Source: Zygnema circumcarinatum SAG 698-1b
Lineage: Eukaryota; Plantae; Zygnematophyceae
Assembly (NCBI GenBank): GCA_037447605.1
Contig: CM074810.1
Location: forward strand, 2,018,880 to 2,082,879
Direction of reading: 5' to 3'
DNA length: 64,000 nucleotides
In this document: positions 13,146 to 32,451 of the stretch, in pieces
Numbering within the stretch: the stretch's first letter is position 1
Layout of the letters: every line of letters begins with the position of its first letter
Position numbers and translations under genes: made by a program
The notes under the pieces: generated by a model
Seen by the model: only the letters and a program-made list of their open reading frames with translations
What the model was told of the DNA's origin: nothing
Databases searched by the model: none

Positions 13146-15160
13146 TGCTGCCCCTACACCTCCCTTTTCTGTCGTTTGACTTGCGTGTTTGGTCTTTAAC
13201 GAAACTCCGTCTGTGCAAGTGGGGAAGGATTGCATATCCATTTGTGCATTCACTTGTTAACTTGACAGTAGGGAGCCCCGGCTTCTCTGTTTTGCAGGCA
13301 AGGGGTTGAGTCTGCTGAGGCTCTCAGACGGAAAAGAGATAAGAAGTACAAGCGGCTAATTAAGTGTAGAGGAGACGTTGGTCTATTGGAAGGGCGCTTT
13401 GATGTTAGTTTTCTTTGCTCACTCTCCCTCCCGTCTCCCCCCTCAAGCCGACCTCTCCATTCTCCTTCTCCCTCTTCTTCTATTTCTCCCTCTTTCCCGC
13501 TTTCCCGCTTGCCCGTGTGCCACTGCCTCTCTTGATGCTTTGGTTAGTATGTGCCTTGCTTGTTGCAGCTTTTAAAGCAGGCGTTGAAAGTAAGAAAGGC
13601 AACATTGAGAGATAATATGCGATGCCTACGGTCGGAACTCAATTGGTGGTGAGCTTTACCAGATCCAAACAGCGGCTTGGCCTGCAGAATGAATGGGAAT
13701 GGACAAGCAAAGGGGCGGAGTTCACCTGCTGATGTTGATTGTAGGCAACAATGATGGTCGTGGAACTCTATGGTCTTGCTGCACGACATTGGAGAATCTA
13801 TGCTTTTGTAAACAAAATATGCTTTCCTCATTCCCTTTCGAAGTTCTTGGCAATGTTTCGTGCATGGACCTAACTGGCCACTGATAACTCTGTTGATGTC
13901 AGCTTCAATGAACATTTAAGACGAAAAGGGTGGAGCGGTACCATCAGCATCGACTATGAGGCGCAGACTTTGACTATGGATGTAGGTTCTGTTCATCTCA
14001 TATCCTGCTCCTGCCTCCTGCTTATTGTGTAATTGCGGTAAAGTCTTGTAAAAGGGCTTGACAACTTGGAAGGCCTCTGCAGGTTAAGATGCCTTCCGAT
14101 GACTCGCGGTCGAACGTGAAGGACACTCGATCGCTTTCAGGTGACGATCTTACTGAACCGCTTTCGTTTTGCTATCATAAGGGTGATCACAAAGGCACGA
14201 TGCATCTGTTCCGCGATGACTTTCACAACAAATAGGAGAGTTATGAAAAAGAAAAGAAAAAAGTGCGATTAGTACCACTTCTGTCTCAAGAACATGGACT
14301 CAAAGCCACACTTTCATTCTGCTGCAGGAGGGGAGCGCTCATTTGCCACCTTGAGCTATGCCTTAGCCCTTCACGACATGGTGGCCGCGCCTTTCCGAGC
14401 AGTGGATGAGTTTGACATATTCATGGTATACCAACGCTCCGTACTCCTAGTTCGATTTTGTACTCCTCATTCTTAGATTTTTTGGGTATTTAACCTTACA
14501 CTGTTTTTTCTTTTTGTGTGTGTGTTCAACAGGACAATGTCACACGCAAAATCTGCCTGGATGAGGCGGTCAAATTTGCGATAAAAAATGGGTCCCAGTG
14601 GATATTCATTACCCCACACGACATCAGGTGTGTGCAGCATCTCTTTGCAGAAATCAGTGGTAATTCAAGCATGGTCATAATGAACAGTGTGTTGAAGCAC
14701 ACTTTTTCCATTTAATTTTTTAAAATATGTAGAGCTTCACATATGTATCGATAGATATACTGCAAAGGGGTTGCTGCCTGATTGTCGCAAAAACACCGAA
14801 ACCATCCGCTCGGTCAATTGTCGCGATGGCAATTATAAAACTGCATTGTCTGCCAGGCAGATGAGCAACTGACTTGACATGTTGATCGAAAATCAAATGC
14901 TTAATGAAGGGAGATAATCCCTTATTGCCATCCTATGGCAGGACCCGCATCTATACGGTCTCTGCTTCCAAGAGACCCTTACTTCACTGCCTTAAGCTAT
15001 CTTGGGCAATTGTCTGCATCTGTTTCCCCTTTGCGCGTTGTGAAGCACAGAGGCGGACCCACATTGGACCCCTGATCCCCGCTGTGTGCTTGCTGCTTGC
15101 AGTTCCGTGGAGGCCGGACCTTTTGTGAAAAAGCAGCAGATGCCGTCTCCGAGGGGTTGA
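6212..15160 (+). CDS. SMC6: Structural maintenance of chromosomes protein 6 (many exons)
   Basis: N-terminal IREIVLTNFMCHS and Walker A GQNGS|GKSAILTALCVAFG. Also VENPCIVMTQDKSREFL, hinge PPIGPLGAHL, signature LS|GGERSF and Walker B FRAVDEFDIFM|DNVTRK, then QWIFITPHDI. Terminal exon 15103-15160 reads SVEAGPFVKKQQMPSPRG*. Confidence 0.97.
13085..13145. repeat. Poly(C) tract with a 10-N assembly gap (13101-13110) in an SMC6 intron
   Basis: Direct sequence inspection. Confidence 0.9.
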
Positions 15161-16843
15161 TTCGAGGGGCGGCGTTTCGTCCACACAAGGCGGGGTGGCA
15201 GACCTGTACATAGCACCTCGCAAGCTGATGGTGCTCCAGCAGCTCGACGAGCTACGGCATGGCCCCGATTGTGCATTCCCGTCTTGCTGGGAAATGGGCT
15301 GCCAGATCGCTGTAAATAGCACTTGCGCTCATCGCTACTGCAGCCTCTCTTCCTTCACATCGCGGCCCCAGTCTGGCACATCCTGCTTATCGGGAACCCG
15401 GTGGCCTTGCTGCGGCCTTCCTGCTGCAACCGCAGGGGCGGTGTCATCCAGCGCGGTGAACGGGGAACAACGGAATACAGTAAGAGGTACTCGCCTCCGA
15501 GGGGGGCCCTTTCTGAATGGTAAAAAATGTTGTCAATCCTAAAGGGTCGATGAGCTAAAGAATTGGTTGCTTGTTTGATTTTCTTGTTTTGTGAATGAGT
15601 GTTGAAATCTTGGACCGGTATTCTGGCACTCCCTGCAGGCAACGACCGAATCCGTGATGGCTCTCTAGTCGTGGCGAGCCGCCATTGAAGGTGTCCTGCT
15701 GTGAATGGAAACCTGAATCATGTCTACTGTGACCAAAAGCGCATACTGTACCCATCATAGAGTACAGCACGGGCTGTATGCAGTGCTTGCCGGCGAGAGT
15801 TTGTGAGCTTGTGACAGCTGTTTTGCTTTGCAATGCATGCATCATAAGTGATGTGAGCGACACGCGCGGCAGCACGTGTGTTGTACGTATTTCAACAAGT
15901 CGCATCCACCATGCACTGCCTTCCCCGGATGCCTCAGTCAACGCCGGAGATGAGTGGGTGATGCATCCCCACCACCTGCTGACGCAAAATTGCAGAGCAC
16001 TTTGTAACGCCTTTTATTTTCTGCTTCAAACTGAGAGAGCATTGACTTCATATTGGTGACGCGTGGTCCATGAATAAGATTTGATGTGACACGAGGAATA
16101 ATTCCTGTGGACAAAACGCTGCTAGAAGGCAAAGCCCATCGTCATAACATGGCCCTGGAGGCAGCTATGGGGGCCGCCGATGTGGCAGATCTCTACGAAG
16201 GAGCGGATGGCCGCCAAGGTAATCCACAACAACGACACCGAGCAAAAGCGAGGCAGCACTGCAAAGCACTGGGGTCGGCGGGCAAGTAGCGAAATCAAGC
16301 GAGGACTGCGGGTCTGTCGCAGTCATACATTTCCCAAGGACAGCGAAGAAAGCCGGAAGATCGGTCACTGGCAAAGGAAAGAATGTAAATGAACGCTCAA
16401 GCTGCACCCAAACTGTCTTCAGAATAACGCGATCTTGCTCGATCCAACAGCTCTGACACGACGACCAAAAATTGTACGATCCGACAGGTGTCATGCATTA
16501 TCCATCTTTTGCACACCTTATCTCGTGAGATTTTTCAGACAACAAATTACATCGAAACCTACGAGCTCACGTGTAAAAAGTAGGACATTTCTTACGTTGC
16601 CACGGACGGAAATAATGCTTAGATTACAACAGGCCGCGCGCGTGTCAGTGTACCGTCAGCCAAAGTGGGAACAGCCCGCATTAAAGAAGAGAACTTGCTC
16701 CTTTGGAGCACCAAAGGCGCGATGAGTCGCCCCTTCCCATCGCCATCGCCATCGCCATCAACGAGCTGCACCCACTCAAGTGAGAGCCAAACCCTCCCTC
16801 CCTCCCTCATCCTCATCCTCATCCTCACGCCGCAGCGCACCGC

Positions 16844-22394
<5,551 letters not shown>

Positions 22395-23708
22395 TCTCTC
22401 AGACAGCGCTGGCGGCAGTCAGAATGACTTCCTCTTTCCTTTTTCAGCGAGGGAAATGGAACCAGAGAACAGCTTCACGAGCTGCAGGACTGGCCCTGCG
22501 GTACTGGAGTGGTGCTGAGGTGTGCAGGGCCCAAGATTCCATCGAAGCTTCTTTTTGGAACTGGCGGCTGCGGACATGTGGAGGCGTTACATGCCCTCCG
22601 CTAACTGCGGCAGGAACTGAACGGGCTGCCGGTGCGGCGCATGGAGGGAAATTTTGCACCGAGAAGGCGAAAATCCGTGTGAATATTTCACATAGGTTTT
22701 TTCCTCTCATGAAAATCCAATACTACTATCTTTCTAATCGTGCATTTACCAGCGTAGAATCAAAACCCTATTGGCGGCAACGTACTAGAAGTCATGACAG
22801 GAATTGGCTTCAATATTACATCGCGCGACTGATTCCCAAGTTTCAGAAGTTGTGTATTCCTCACAATGCGTGTACAGATCAACACATGGCGTCCTGAGCC
22901 ACCATCACTTCTTAGCAAACGGAGATCACTTGCCAGTCACATGCTTCCCCAGCAACCGTTCTCTCCCGAACCCTCCACTGAACGATGTCGTGCAGGGAGC
23001 AACGAACCAAAGTCATCGCCTCCAACTTGCAGTGAGGGTAGGGATAGATACTGGACAGTGGATCAACTCGCTTGACTGCTCATTAGTTTGCAACATGGGC
23101 ACAAAATGCCCCAGCATTAGTATTCGGAATCATGGCGTTGAATAGCATACAGCATTGCAGGCTTATCTGCTTTGAGATTCTTGTTTACTACACTTTTTCC
23201 ATGTTCAACTGGCGATCGGGGTTGTTGTGGGTGTATTGTCACACGAAGGACATCCATCGCATCTGGGAGTTAAAGGGGACAGAATTGGTAGCTTGAACTC
23301 ATCTCAAGTCAGCTCTGGTGTGTTCTTTCCTCGCTAAAGAGGGCTGGGGTTGTTTGTATTGCATGCTGCCTCACAGGCCGACAGAGCTGCCGGACAGAGA
23401 ACCCAAGCGCTGTTCATCCATCTTCCAATGGGAGACACGTGACAGCATGCTGCATCGATGCACAACCATCCAGTGCAAACGAGTCGTTTGAAGATCACAT
23501 TTTCTTCCAGCCACCACTCCAACAAAGCCAGCAAACAAGATCCAGCCTCTGCCGCCTCCCGTGTTGCCACGCCTCGCATCCATTTCCAATCTTGTTGAAA
23601 CTCTCGCCTCGATTCAAGAAGCATTAGGCTTCGATTCTACAAATGGGGCACCCATGCTCGCTACACCCTGTCGGTTAAGCACCTTACATACGATGTCCTT
23701 TCCTGAAC

Positions 23709-26261
23709 TTAAGCCTTCACAGCGTACTTTCGAAGAGGGAAATAAGCCTCCTTTTTCTTCTGCTTCTGTGTTTTCAAAGATGCCTGTTCGACCCACCGCC
23801 AACATGTAAAGCATATGGATCAATCGCCACCATTTTTGACCCACGTATTGATTCCCCCAAGACCTCTTCCACGACCAAAAAAAAGGCGACTAAAAAGTCA
23901 AGCAGCTTTCACCATCTTCCTCAAAGTGAACAAGCTGGTTCCTCCTCAAACTACCAGTAGCCCCACAAATTACAAAATCTGCTATTTACGCTTCCCTATA
24001 AAGCAATAACGGGATAAGGGGAGCTCATGAAAAAAGACTAGGTAACAACAATATACAATCGAACAGCGAGGACCTGAGCATGTGTAGCGGGTCTCATTGG
24101 AGTAGATAGTGTACCTGGTGGGCAGTCAGTCGGCGTCGAATAGCACGTGTCTTCTTAGGGCGAAGGTCAAGCGGGAGGTACTTCTTCTTTGCGTAAGCAT
24201 CACGAAGCATGGCCTTCTGGGTCTGAGAGATGACCGTCAGGACCTGGGCAATCGAGAGTCGGACCACCTTGCTGCAGCAAGGGTAGAAACAGAACACACA
24301 ATTCTGACACTCGTCAAGCACTAAACACGACGTTTGAAAGATTGATATTCACTATCAACACACCATAATTTGGTCCTGACTCACGGTGTGCCTGAAATCT
24401 CATTGCTACCATAGCTTATTTCTGGCGCTGCCTCGTATAAGCATCATCGTGTAGTCCTTGTCAACAATTGCATCAAGTCAAGTCCGTTTCTACTGCATCG
24501 AAGTTTATTTGCCGGAGCAACTGATCCTCTGCTGCTGGCAAGATTCAATTTAAGATTCTATTTATCCAACTTAAGTGATACTCTTGAAAAAAACCTAGTT
24601 CCACTTGCTCTCAAAAGCTTAAAAGGGATGGTACCAAATTCCAGCAACTTCTTCAAGCTCAAACCTCGGACCAGTGGCACTCTCATATCAAACCCTAAAA
24701 CTTGAAATTGGCTCATTGTCTTGAGGTGGGCTTCTGCATATACACCATAACTCGAATGTTCCGTCCTTGATCACGGTTCTAAAAGAGAAATTTAACTACA
24801 GTTTGCTTGTCCCAATCAACTAAGAATGAGACATCCGGCTTAACCAAACGTCACCAGACTGAGTAAGCCCTTTTTTGCAAGCCCAGCAGTTGACAAGAGA
24901 CGTCCTTCCGCCGTACCCTTGAATAGTGCGGTAACTACATCTACAAATTATTCCCTGGAACAGGATTTACTTGTCTCTGTCACTCTTACAAGAGGGAATA
25001 AATTCTACAAGGAGAGGTAGAGTACAAAGCTCACATTTTGGACAGCTTGTTTGGTGCGCCACCAGTAACCTTTGCCACCCGAAGAGCTGCTAGCTCTGTC
25101 TTCAACTCCTTCAGCTGCAACCCATTAACGAAAAAAATCCATTAGTGGGAACATCCTAACATACTGATACCTTGCCCAAAGTGCCGTTCAAGGATTTCAC
25201 ATATTCTAAGAGACTAGTTCGCAAGCCGAGAAGCAGGAACATGAGAAAAATAATGAGATTTTAACCTGGAAATAGGTCAGCCCAAGCTACAGGAGAGCGC
25301 TGCATGCCATTTGAGGTTGGCAAATTACTGCCAACCGAACATGGCTTAACGAAGCTTATCCGGCCCTCCAATTGAACACAGCTAAAAAAATATGTGAAAA
25401 CAAACAAAAAAAGCAGTACCTGATTAAGCAGCTCGGTCTTGCTCTTCGTCCGTAGCTCATGCACCTTAATCTTAGCTGCAAAACAGGAAGTGCAGCAGAA
25501 CAAGAAGCACACAGGAACATAAATAGATGCACTGGCCTAGTGGGTAACCTAACCTGGACCTTCAATGACAGTACTCCAAATAATACACGGACTTTGCAAG
25601 TTTCTGAAATTTCCTTTTCAGGTAAAAGCAAACCACGAACCCAGAGATGGAGCAGAGTTGACGAGATTGAAAATACGTTATATGCTTCCAGCCTTGCTTT
25701 CATGGAGGATCAGCTTTCTTTTTGGCCAGTTACGAGACCACAAACCCATGCTCAAAATTCCACCCTAACAACCAAAGTTGAACGCCTTATAAGCACAACG
25801 ACTATAACGGTCGACACTACTGCTGTTTCTGAGCAGCAGAAACAGCTTTACCAGCTCTAAGGAAAGAGCTGCGTGTCGCCTTGAAGCATAGCTACACCAT
25901 CGAAAGTCAACACCAGCAGTTCACCCTTCCAACTGCCGTCACGCCTCTCACTTTCAATTCCTCTATCCCTCCATCTCTCCCATTCGTCCAAGCGTCACAT
26001 GCCTACCAAACCCTAAAACCCGTTACTCATGATCCTCACAATCCTTCTATTCGGGTTATCTCCCACTCTCTCCCACGCGTTTTACCCTGTAAGTCCTCCC
26101 TCCATTTTCATGGCTCCATTCATGCAGTCCTTTTGATCCCTCATGTATGCTTAACATTCCCACCAGCACGTGTCCTTCCATATTTAGCCAGGTCCAAACA
26201 TCCCAGCTCGTGGGTACAATTTGCGGGTGCGTCAAGGGAAGAGGTGCTGCAACTCACCCAT
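23709..26261 (-). CDS. RPL35: 60S ribosomal protein L35 (uL29)
   Basis: Four-nt first coding exon ATGG|gtgagt (26258-26261), then [19 protein letters not shown] / [26 protein letters not shown] / ...[18 protein letters not shown]...[24 protein letters not shown] / [24 protein letters not shown]. Confidence 0.97.
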
Positions 26262-26450
26262 GGCGGCGGCCCTGCTCTGCTCCTGGGGGCGGCGAGGGGG
26301 GCGAGGGAGCGAGGGAGGGCGGAAAGAGGGTTGAGGCGTGGCCCGCGCCGCTACTTGCGGGCCCTCTGCGACTGCGGGCGACTTCGCACGCTGTCGCATC
26401 CCACTGTAAATACGCCGAGCGACGTCGCACGTAGTCGCACGGAGTGGGCC
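26008..26450. promoter_or_regulatory. Telo-box (AAACCCTAA, 26008-26016, RPL35 intron 1) and site II motif (TGGGCC, 26445-26450) at the RPL35/PRP3 divergent promoter
   Basis: Motifs seen directly. The telo-box plus site II combination is known from plant ribosomal-protein promoters; function here is inferred. Confidence 0.4.
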
Positions 26451-26928
26451 GTACGGGCGACGACGGGGAAAAGTTGGGCAGTGGAAGAAACGTTGGGCAA
26501 AATGGTCTGGTTTTTGGAAAAAAACCAAATACCGCTAACTGGTTTGTCCGTACTGAAAAGGCGGTTTGAAGCCGTAAACTTGAAGCTGGGGGACCCTTGA
26601 GCTTTCAAAAAAAATGTTGTCGGCCGTGGACCAATGGCTATTCCCCACGTGGAATACTAGCAACGTTAGGAATTGTCATCATCTTTTTAAGGTGCGATGG
26701 AAAAAACAAAACTGAAAATCCAGAATTTGGTTTGGTTTGGTTTGGTTTGGTTCCTGAAAGAGATAAAACTCGGAGCGAAGGACGATTTCGGCTGCTGCCC
26801 GAAAGAACGGGCTGGAGATAAAATTCGAGATCAATTTACATATTGAGGCCGCGAGGGCGCTAGGGCTGCAGATGGGCGGGAGCGGAGGTGGAGGCGGCGG
26901 GAGGGCCGGCTGAGGTGTAGCAGCAGCC

Positions 26929-29900
26929 ATGGATGAGGAAGCTGCGGCGGATGGCAGAAGCAAGAGGAAGCGGCATGAGGGAAAGGAGGAACACCATGGG
27001 GATGGCAAGAAGCATCGGATGAGGTATTGTTGGCTCAGAATTAGGGCTTGCACGCGTGAACGTGTCTGGTTTTCTTACGTTTTGTTCTGACTGCAGACAT
27101 TTGGTTCTCGTCTATGAAATGCAGTGAATATGGGGCGAGAAACAAGAATCATGAGTCTCAACGCAGGGCCGAGAGGGGAAGAGGCGATGGAGAGGGACGG
27201 GGCAGGAGAGAGGAGGGAGAAGGAAAAAAAGGTAAGGAATTGGGAAACGGGGAGGAAAGAGGGGGAAAGAAGGTGGAGGAGAGGAATAAATCAGACGCTG
27301 GACAGTCCCGAGGAGGTAGGGAAGATAGAGAGTGGAGAGAAGGGAGGAGTGGAAGGAAGGCTGAGAAGGCCTCAGACAAAGATCAGGTAAGGGAGAGGAG
27401 AGATGGGGAGGGGAAAAGCAGTAGGGTGGTGGAAGAGAAGGAAGGGGAAAAGCGTGCCATGAAGTCCCAGAGGCACGATGGCGAGGGACGGGGCAGGAGA
27501 GAGGATGAGCGGTTTGGCGAAAAAGATGAGGAGAAGGTACAAGTTACAGTGAAGGAAGGTGATGGAAGGAAGTACAAGGACGATAGGGAACTGAGAGGTG
27601 AACGAGAAGATGGAGAGACGAAGGGAGGAGTTGAAAGTGAGGGAAAGCGTGACAATAATTCAGAGGAGAAAATCGGAAAAGGAAAGGTTGAGGAAGAGAA
27701 TGCACATGATGTAGAGAGAGACTGGACGAAGAGGAAGGAAAGAGATGTAGAGGAACCTAAGGAAAAGAAGGTTACAAAGAGAAGGAGATGGGACCAGGAC
27801 GAAGAGAAAAAAGAAGATGCAGGCAGTGATGGTTCACGGCAGGAAGCTGGTGTCGCTGGAGCAGCAAAAGTTGGTGGTTTGATGACCAATGGAACTGCAG
27901 GCGTTGTCATTGTCGGGCCTGTGAGTGGACTGGCACCAAACACGGCAGTGAATGATACTTGTCATGCATGTTTGCTCAGCATGGAGGCCAGCTGCTCGTT
28001 GTTCCGCCGATGGTTCACGTTTTGTGGGCCACTTTGAACTTTGAATTCGATTTTACTGTATTAAGCTTCTGGGTCGTCTTGATGTCAGTGCATTCATAGG
28101 CTCGCTTGTATTTATACGAAGGTCACTTTCTTCGTTGACGAGTATGTTGCTGCGTGCCAGTACAATCATCAAGTACCTTATCAAGCTACATTCTGATATT
28201 GAGGCATCCGTGTGTGATTTTGGCAGGCTCCACCTGCGCTTGGCTCTGCTCCTGCAATTCCTGTAACCTTGTCTAGTTCAGGGCCATCAGCTGCCCCTCC
28301 CTCTGCTACTCAAACTTCTGCTTCAGGCCAAGCAGCGGTTAAGCCTCCAACACTTAGCCTTGAGGCTTTGGCTAAGGCGCGAAAAGCGTTGCAGATGCAG
28401 AAAGAGCTTAATGCGAAATTGGCAAAGCTTCCCCAGGTGCTGAAACACTCCCTGAACCCCGTTTGGTTTGTTAGGGTTGCTCATGTCTTTGAGGATGTGG
28501 ATTCTTTCTGTCTCTGATATTTCACGATCGGCTTTCGGGGGGAAAGGCTCGAGAAGCGTTCTGGCTGGATACGTGGTGGACATTGATCATTCAAACAGGT
28601 TGTTAGTGATCATGACTCCAATTAGTCGAATAATTGTGGCTTTGTGTTGTGATGCAGTTGAACAAAACATCGGGAGCAACTGCTGCTTCACCGGCCAATC
28701 CTCTGGCGACACCTGTACCTCCAGCTGCTGCGTCAGCCCCCGCTCCTACGAGAGCCTCGGGTGTTGCAAGCTTTCCATCCCCAGCTCAGCCAATGATTGG
28801 CGCGTCTCCAGGAGTTACAGGAACATCGCAAGTTAGCACTACCACAGCAGCGACTGCTACTGCAACAATGCAATCTGGTGTAAACCCACAGATGGCAAGT
28901 GCTTTCCCAGGGTTCATGGCAGGGCTTATACCTGGCCTGATGCCCGGCTTGCTGCCAGGCATGGTACATGGCATGCTGCCAAGTCTGGATGTCATGCTGA
29001 AGGCGCAGGCCATGGCCCAGCAGCTTGGCTTCCCACAGATGCCTGGAATGATGCAAGGTATGCGGCCACCAATTGGAAGCATTGGAGCTGCTGCATCAAC
29101 CTCAGAACCAAAGCCTGCAAAACCACCAGTGCTGCGGTTGGATGCCCAAGGGAGGGAAATCGATGAGGCAGGGAATGTGGTGGAGAGGTCTAAACAGGGG
29201 CCTGTCAGCACACTGAAGGTAATGAGTACACCGAACCTTAGTGGTTCTATATGTGGGACAGAAGGCCTTTTATGAACCGTATTTGGTGTAACCTTTTTGC
29301 CCATGCAGCAGTCACAAACGGAAAAGGCTTAACACGGGATTTGGAACGAACAAATTGGCAGGTGAATATCAACAAGGCGAAAAAGGAAGCCTTCAAGATT
29401 TTGCGTCCTGAGCTGGAGGAAGACCCCATTGACAGTCCCTTTTATGATCCACGGATGGGTAGCAATAAAACAAGACTTATTCGTGCACGTAAGCCGAATT
29501 TAAACTTTGTACAAGAAGGTGAAATGATTAAACGGGCTGAGATCCAACGTTTGAGGGTAAGTGGAGCGGCAAGAGAAATTTAGGAGCATTACATGTGTAG
29601 TAAACTGGTGCAATTCATTACTTGCATTTGCGCTGACAACATCTAACGTGTGTTTTGATCGTCCTGAAAACATTGAGAGGGCGAAAGCGAGATTGAACGC
29701 AACTTGGAAGGATGGAAGAAAAAGGGGAGGAGACTAAGGGAAAGAGCTGGGGAGGGAGGGAGGAATAGGGGAAAGAGAGAAAGAGGAAGCTGATGTTTGT
29801 CATACCTTGAAAATTTGTGTTGTGTAGGCATAAGCTGGTCTTGTTAATCGGTGTTGTGTTTGTTGGGCAATTAGGCACAAGTGGGCGAGGCGCGTATAAC

Positions 29901-31125
29901 GGAAATTAGAGCTCGACAGACGGCATTAGCAAGAGCGAAGGCAGAGCAAGGAAAGGAGGAGAATCCGAACCTCATTGCAGTGGCAGAACGCGTACCTGTT
30001 GTGGAGACAAAGAAGCCGAAAGAGCCAATTCCTGATACAGAATGGTGGTAAGTAGCTAAGAAACACTATTTTTTTTATGCTGAGCCGTATTCTACGTAAC
30101 TAAGGCTGGTGTCAATTTGAAACAAATTAGTGTTTCTCGGTGCTGAGAAAGTGATGGAAACAACTTGACGCCAACCTCATTTCCCTGCTTGATGTGGTTA
30201 CATAGTCTGTAAGCATCGTCTAACTATAGATCTTCTGTTGCTCAATCCGTTCAGGGATGTACCGATTTTGGCAACTGGCAATTATAGTGCAGATGTTGAG
30301 GATGGAAAAGTAAATGTGAAGAACGGGAAGATAACAATTTACGTTGAACATCCTATTCCAATTGAGCCTCCTGCTGAAGCGCCCCCCCCTCCACCGCAGC
30401 CATTGAAGCTGACCAAAAAAGAGCAAAAGAAGCTGCGTACACAGAGGAGGTTGGCCCGGGAAAAAGAGCGACAGGAAATGATTAGACAGGGACTCTTAGA
30501 GCCTCCAAAACCGAAAGTGAAGATGAGTAATCTCATGAAGGTGCTTGGAGCAGAAGCAACGCAAGACCCCACGAGGATGGAGCAGCAGGTGAAGAGTGCT
30601 GCGGCTGAGAGAGAGCAGGCACATGCAGATAGAAACTTGGCCAGAAAGTTGACTCCGGCAGAGAGGAGGGAGAAGAAGGAGAGGAAGCTGTTTGACGATC
30701 CAACCACGTTAGAGACAATCGTATCTGTGTATCGCCTTGTGCATCTTGCGCACCCACAGACGAGGTTTAAGGTGGATATCAACGTTCAGGAAAACAGAAT
30801 GACGGGCCGCTGTGTGATGACTGACGATATGACACTGATTTTAGTGGAAGGAGGATCCAAATCAACGAAACGCTTTTCAAAGCTGATGCTGCGAAGGATC
30901 AACTGGTCTGCAGCTGTTATTGAGGAAAAGGAAGAGGACTTAAAGTCAGTGATAGGGGCACGCCCGAATAGCTGTAAACTGGTGTGGCAAGGAGCAACTG
31001 CAAAACCATCTTATGAAAACTTCCGCATAGAGGAATTCCGAACGGCCGCGGCGGCTAGAAAGTACATGGAAGAGAGAGGAGGCGGGCACTACTGGGATCT
31101 TGCATGCAACTTTCCGACTGACTAA
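26929..31125 (+). CDS. PRP3: U4/U6 snRNP protein Prp3 (plant RDM16-like) with long charged N-terminus
   Basis: Exons include KPPVLRLDAQGREIDEAGNVV, STLK|VNINK, PFYDPRMG, PDTEWW|DVPIL, ITIYVEHPIPIEPPAEAPPPPPQPLKLTKKEQKKLRTQRR, PPKPKVKMSNLMKVLG, FKVDINVQENRMTG, RFSKLMLRRINW and CKLVWQG...YWDLACNF. Confidence 0.95.
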
Positions 31126-31472
31126 GGAGTCGTCTCAAAGGCAAAGCTTGCAGGGATCCCAACGACACAAAATGGGGGCCTGCCCGTACGCCCAGCTTTC
31201 GTCTTCCTGTCTTATTTTGAGCAGGTAGTGAAGGGACCACTCTGGGTTGTAGCTGCATATCTGTGGTGTCACATTTCAGCGGGAACTTTTGGGATTGGAG
31301 CTTTTTGTTCTGAGGGTAGGGCTGACTTTCAAAGGCACAGTTAGAGGGGAGAGTGCAGAGGTGGGCTTGGACCGTTGTTACGGATGGCTGTTTGGGACTG
31401 TGCAGGTGGACGCAGAACTCGCCTCAAGGGATGCGGTCTAGAAGGGATTCAGGATGGTGGCAGCTGGCTCCA

Positions 31473-31730
<258 letters not shown>

Positions 31731-32160
31731 GATGAGGGGAAAGGGTGGGAGAGGAATTATATATGGGTGTTAGGCATGTGGAACCTCTTTTTACAGCTGT
31801 GTCTTTGGAGCCTTATTTTGCTAGAGAACATTTTGTGAGTGAGCAGTGGCACTTTTCCTGTTGTTTTGAAGCAGTAGGCAATAAAAGTGACGCAGTTGTC
31901 ACGCGCCTGCCTGCATGTCTGCCGGAAGCATCATCCGATGTGCTGCAGCTGAAGGGTCCTTCCTGGCCAGCCCCCGCCCTGGCCCTGGCCCTGGCCCTGC
32001 CTCGCTTTGCCTTGCCCGGCGCACTGCCTGCCTGCCTGCCCGTCCCGCCGTTCCCTCCAGGCGAGTGTCGGTCCGGCCTTGCTCGCAGCGTCTCCTCCGA
32101 GCGCGCTGGCATGGAATGGATGGGCTCGCTCGCATGCCCATGTGCCATGCATGCGGCCGA

Positions 32161-32362
32161 TGCCCATCCCCATGCCCTTGCCCGTGCCCGTGCCCATGCC
32201 CATGCACCCATGACCGTGCCCGTGCCAGTGCCCGTGCCCGTGCCCGTGCCCGTGCCCATGCCTCCGTGCCCGTGCCCGTGCGCGTGCCCGTGCCCGTGCC
32301 CATGCCCATGCACCCATGCCCGTGCCCGTGCCCGTGCCCGTGCCCGTGCCCGTGCCCATGCA
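32161..32362. repeat. Hexamer array (CCCGTG/CCCATG)n
   Basis: Direct sequence inspection; it generates spurious HG/ARAR/PVPV/CPCP ORFs. Confidence 0.9.
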
Positions 32363-32451
32363 CATGACGTCGCGCAAGCGACAAGGCGACTGATTGGCGG
32401 AGCGCTGATGACCGTTCCCTGCGCTGTGCGCGAAGCGCTCTCTCAACCACA

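Noticed and set aside
15195-15542. ORF with DLYIAPRKLMVLQQLDELRHG, vaguely like a Vsr/RAP-type nuclease motif
   Set aside because: Spacing does not match well, the rest of the ORF is Cys/Ser-rich without family features, and it begins 35 bp after the SMC6 stop (likely 3' UTR).
27383-27943. Ser/Phe/Pro-rich 186-aa minus-strand ORF and similar shadow ORFs (28786-29304, 30339-30782, 40919-41191, 59493-59928)
   Set aside because: Antisense shadows of real coding exons.
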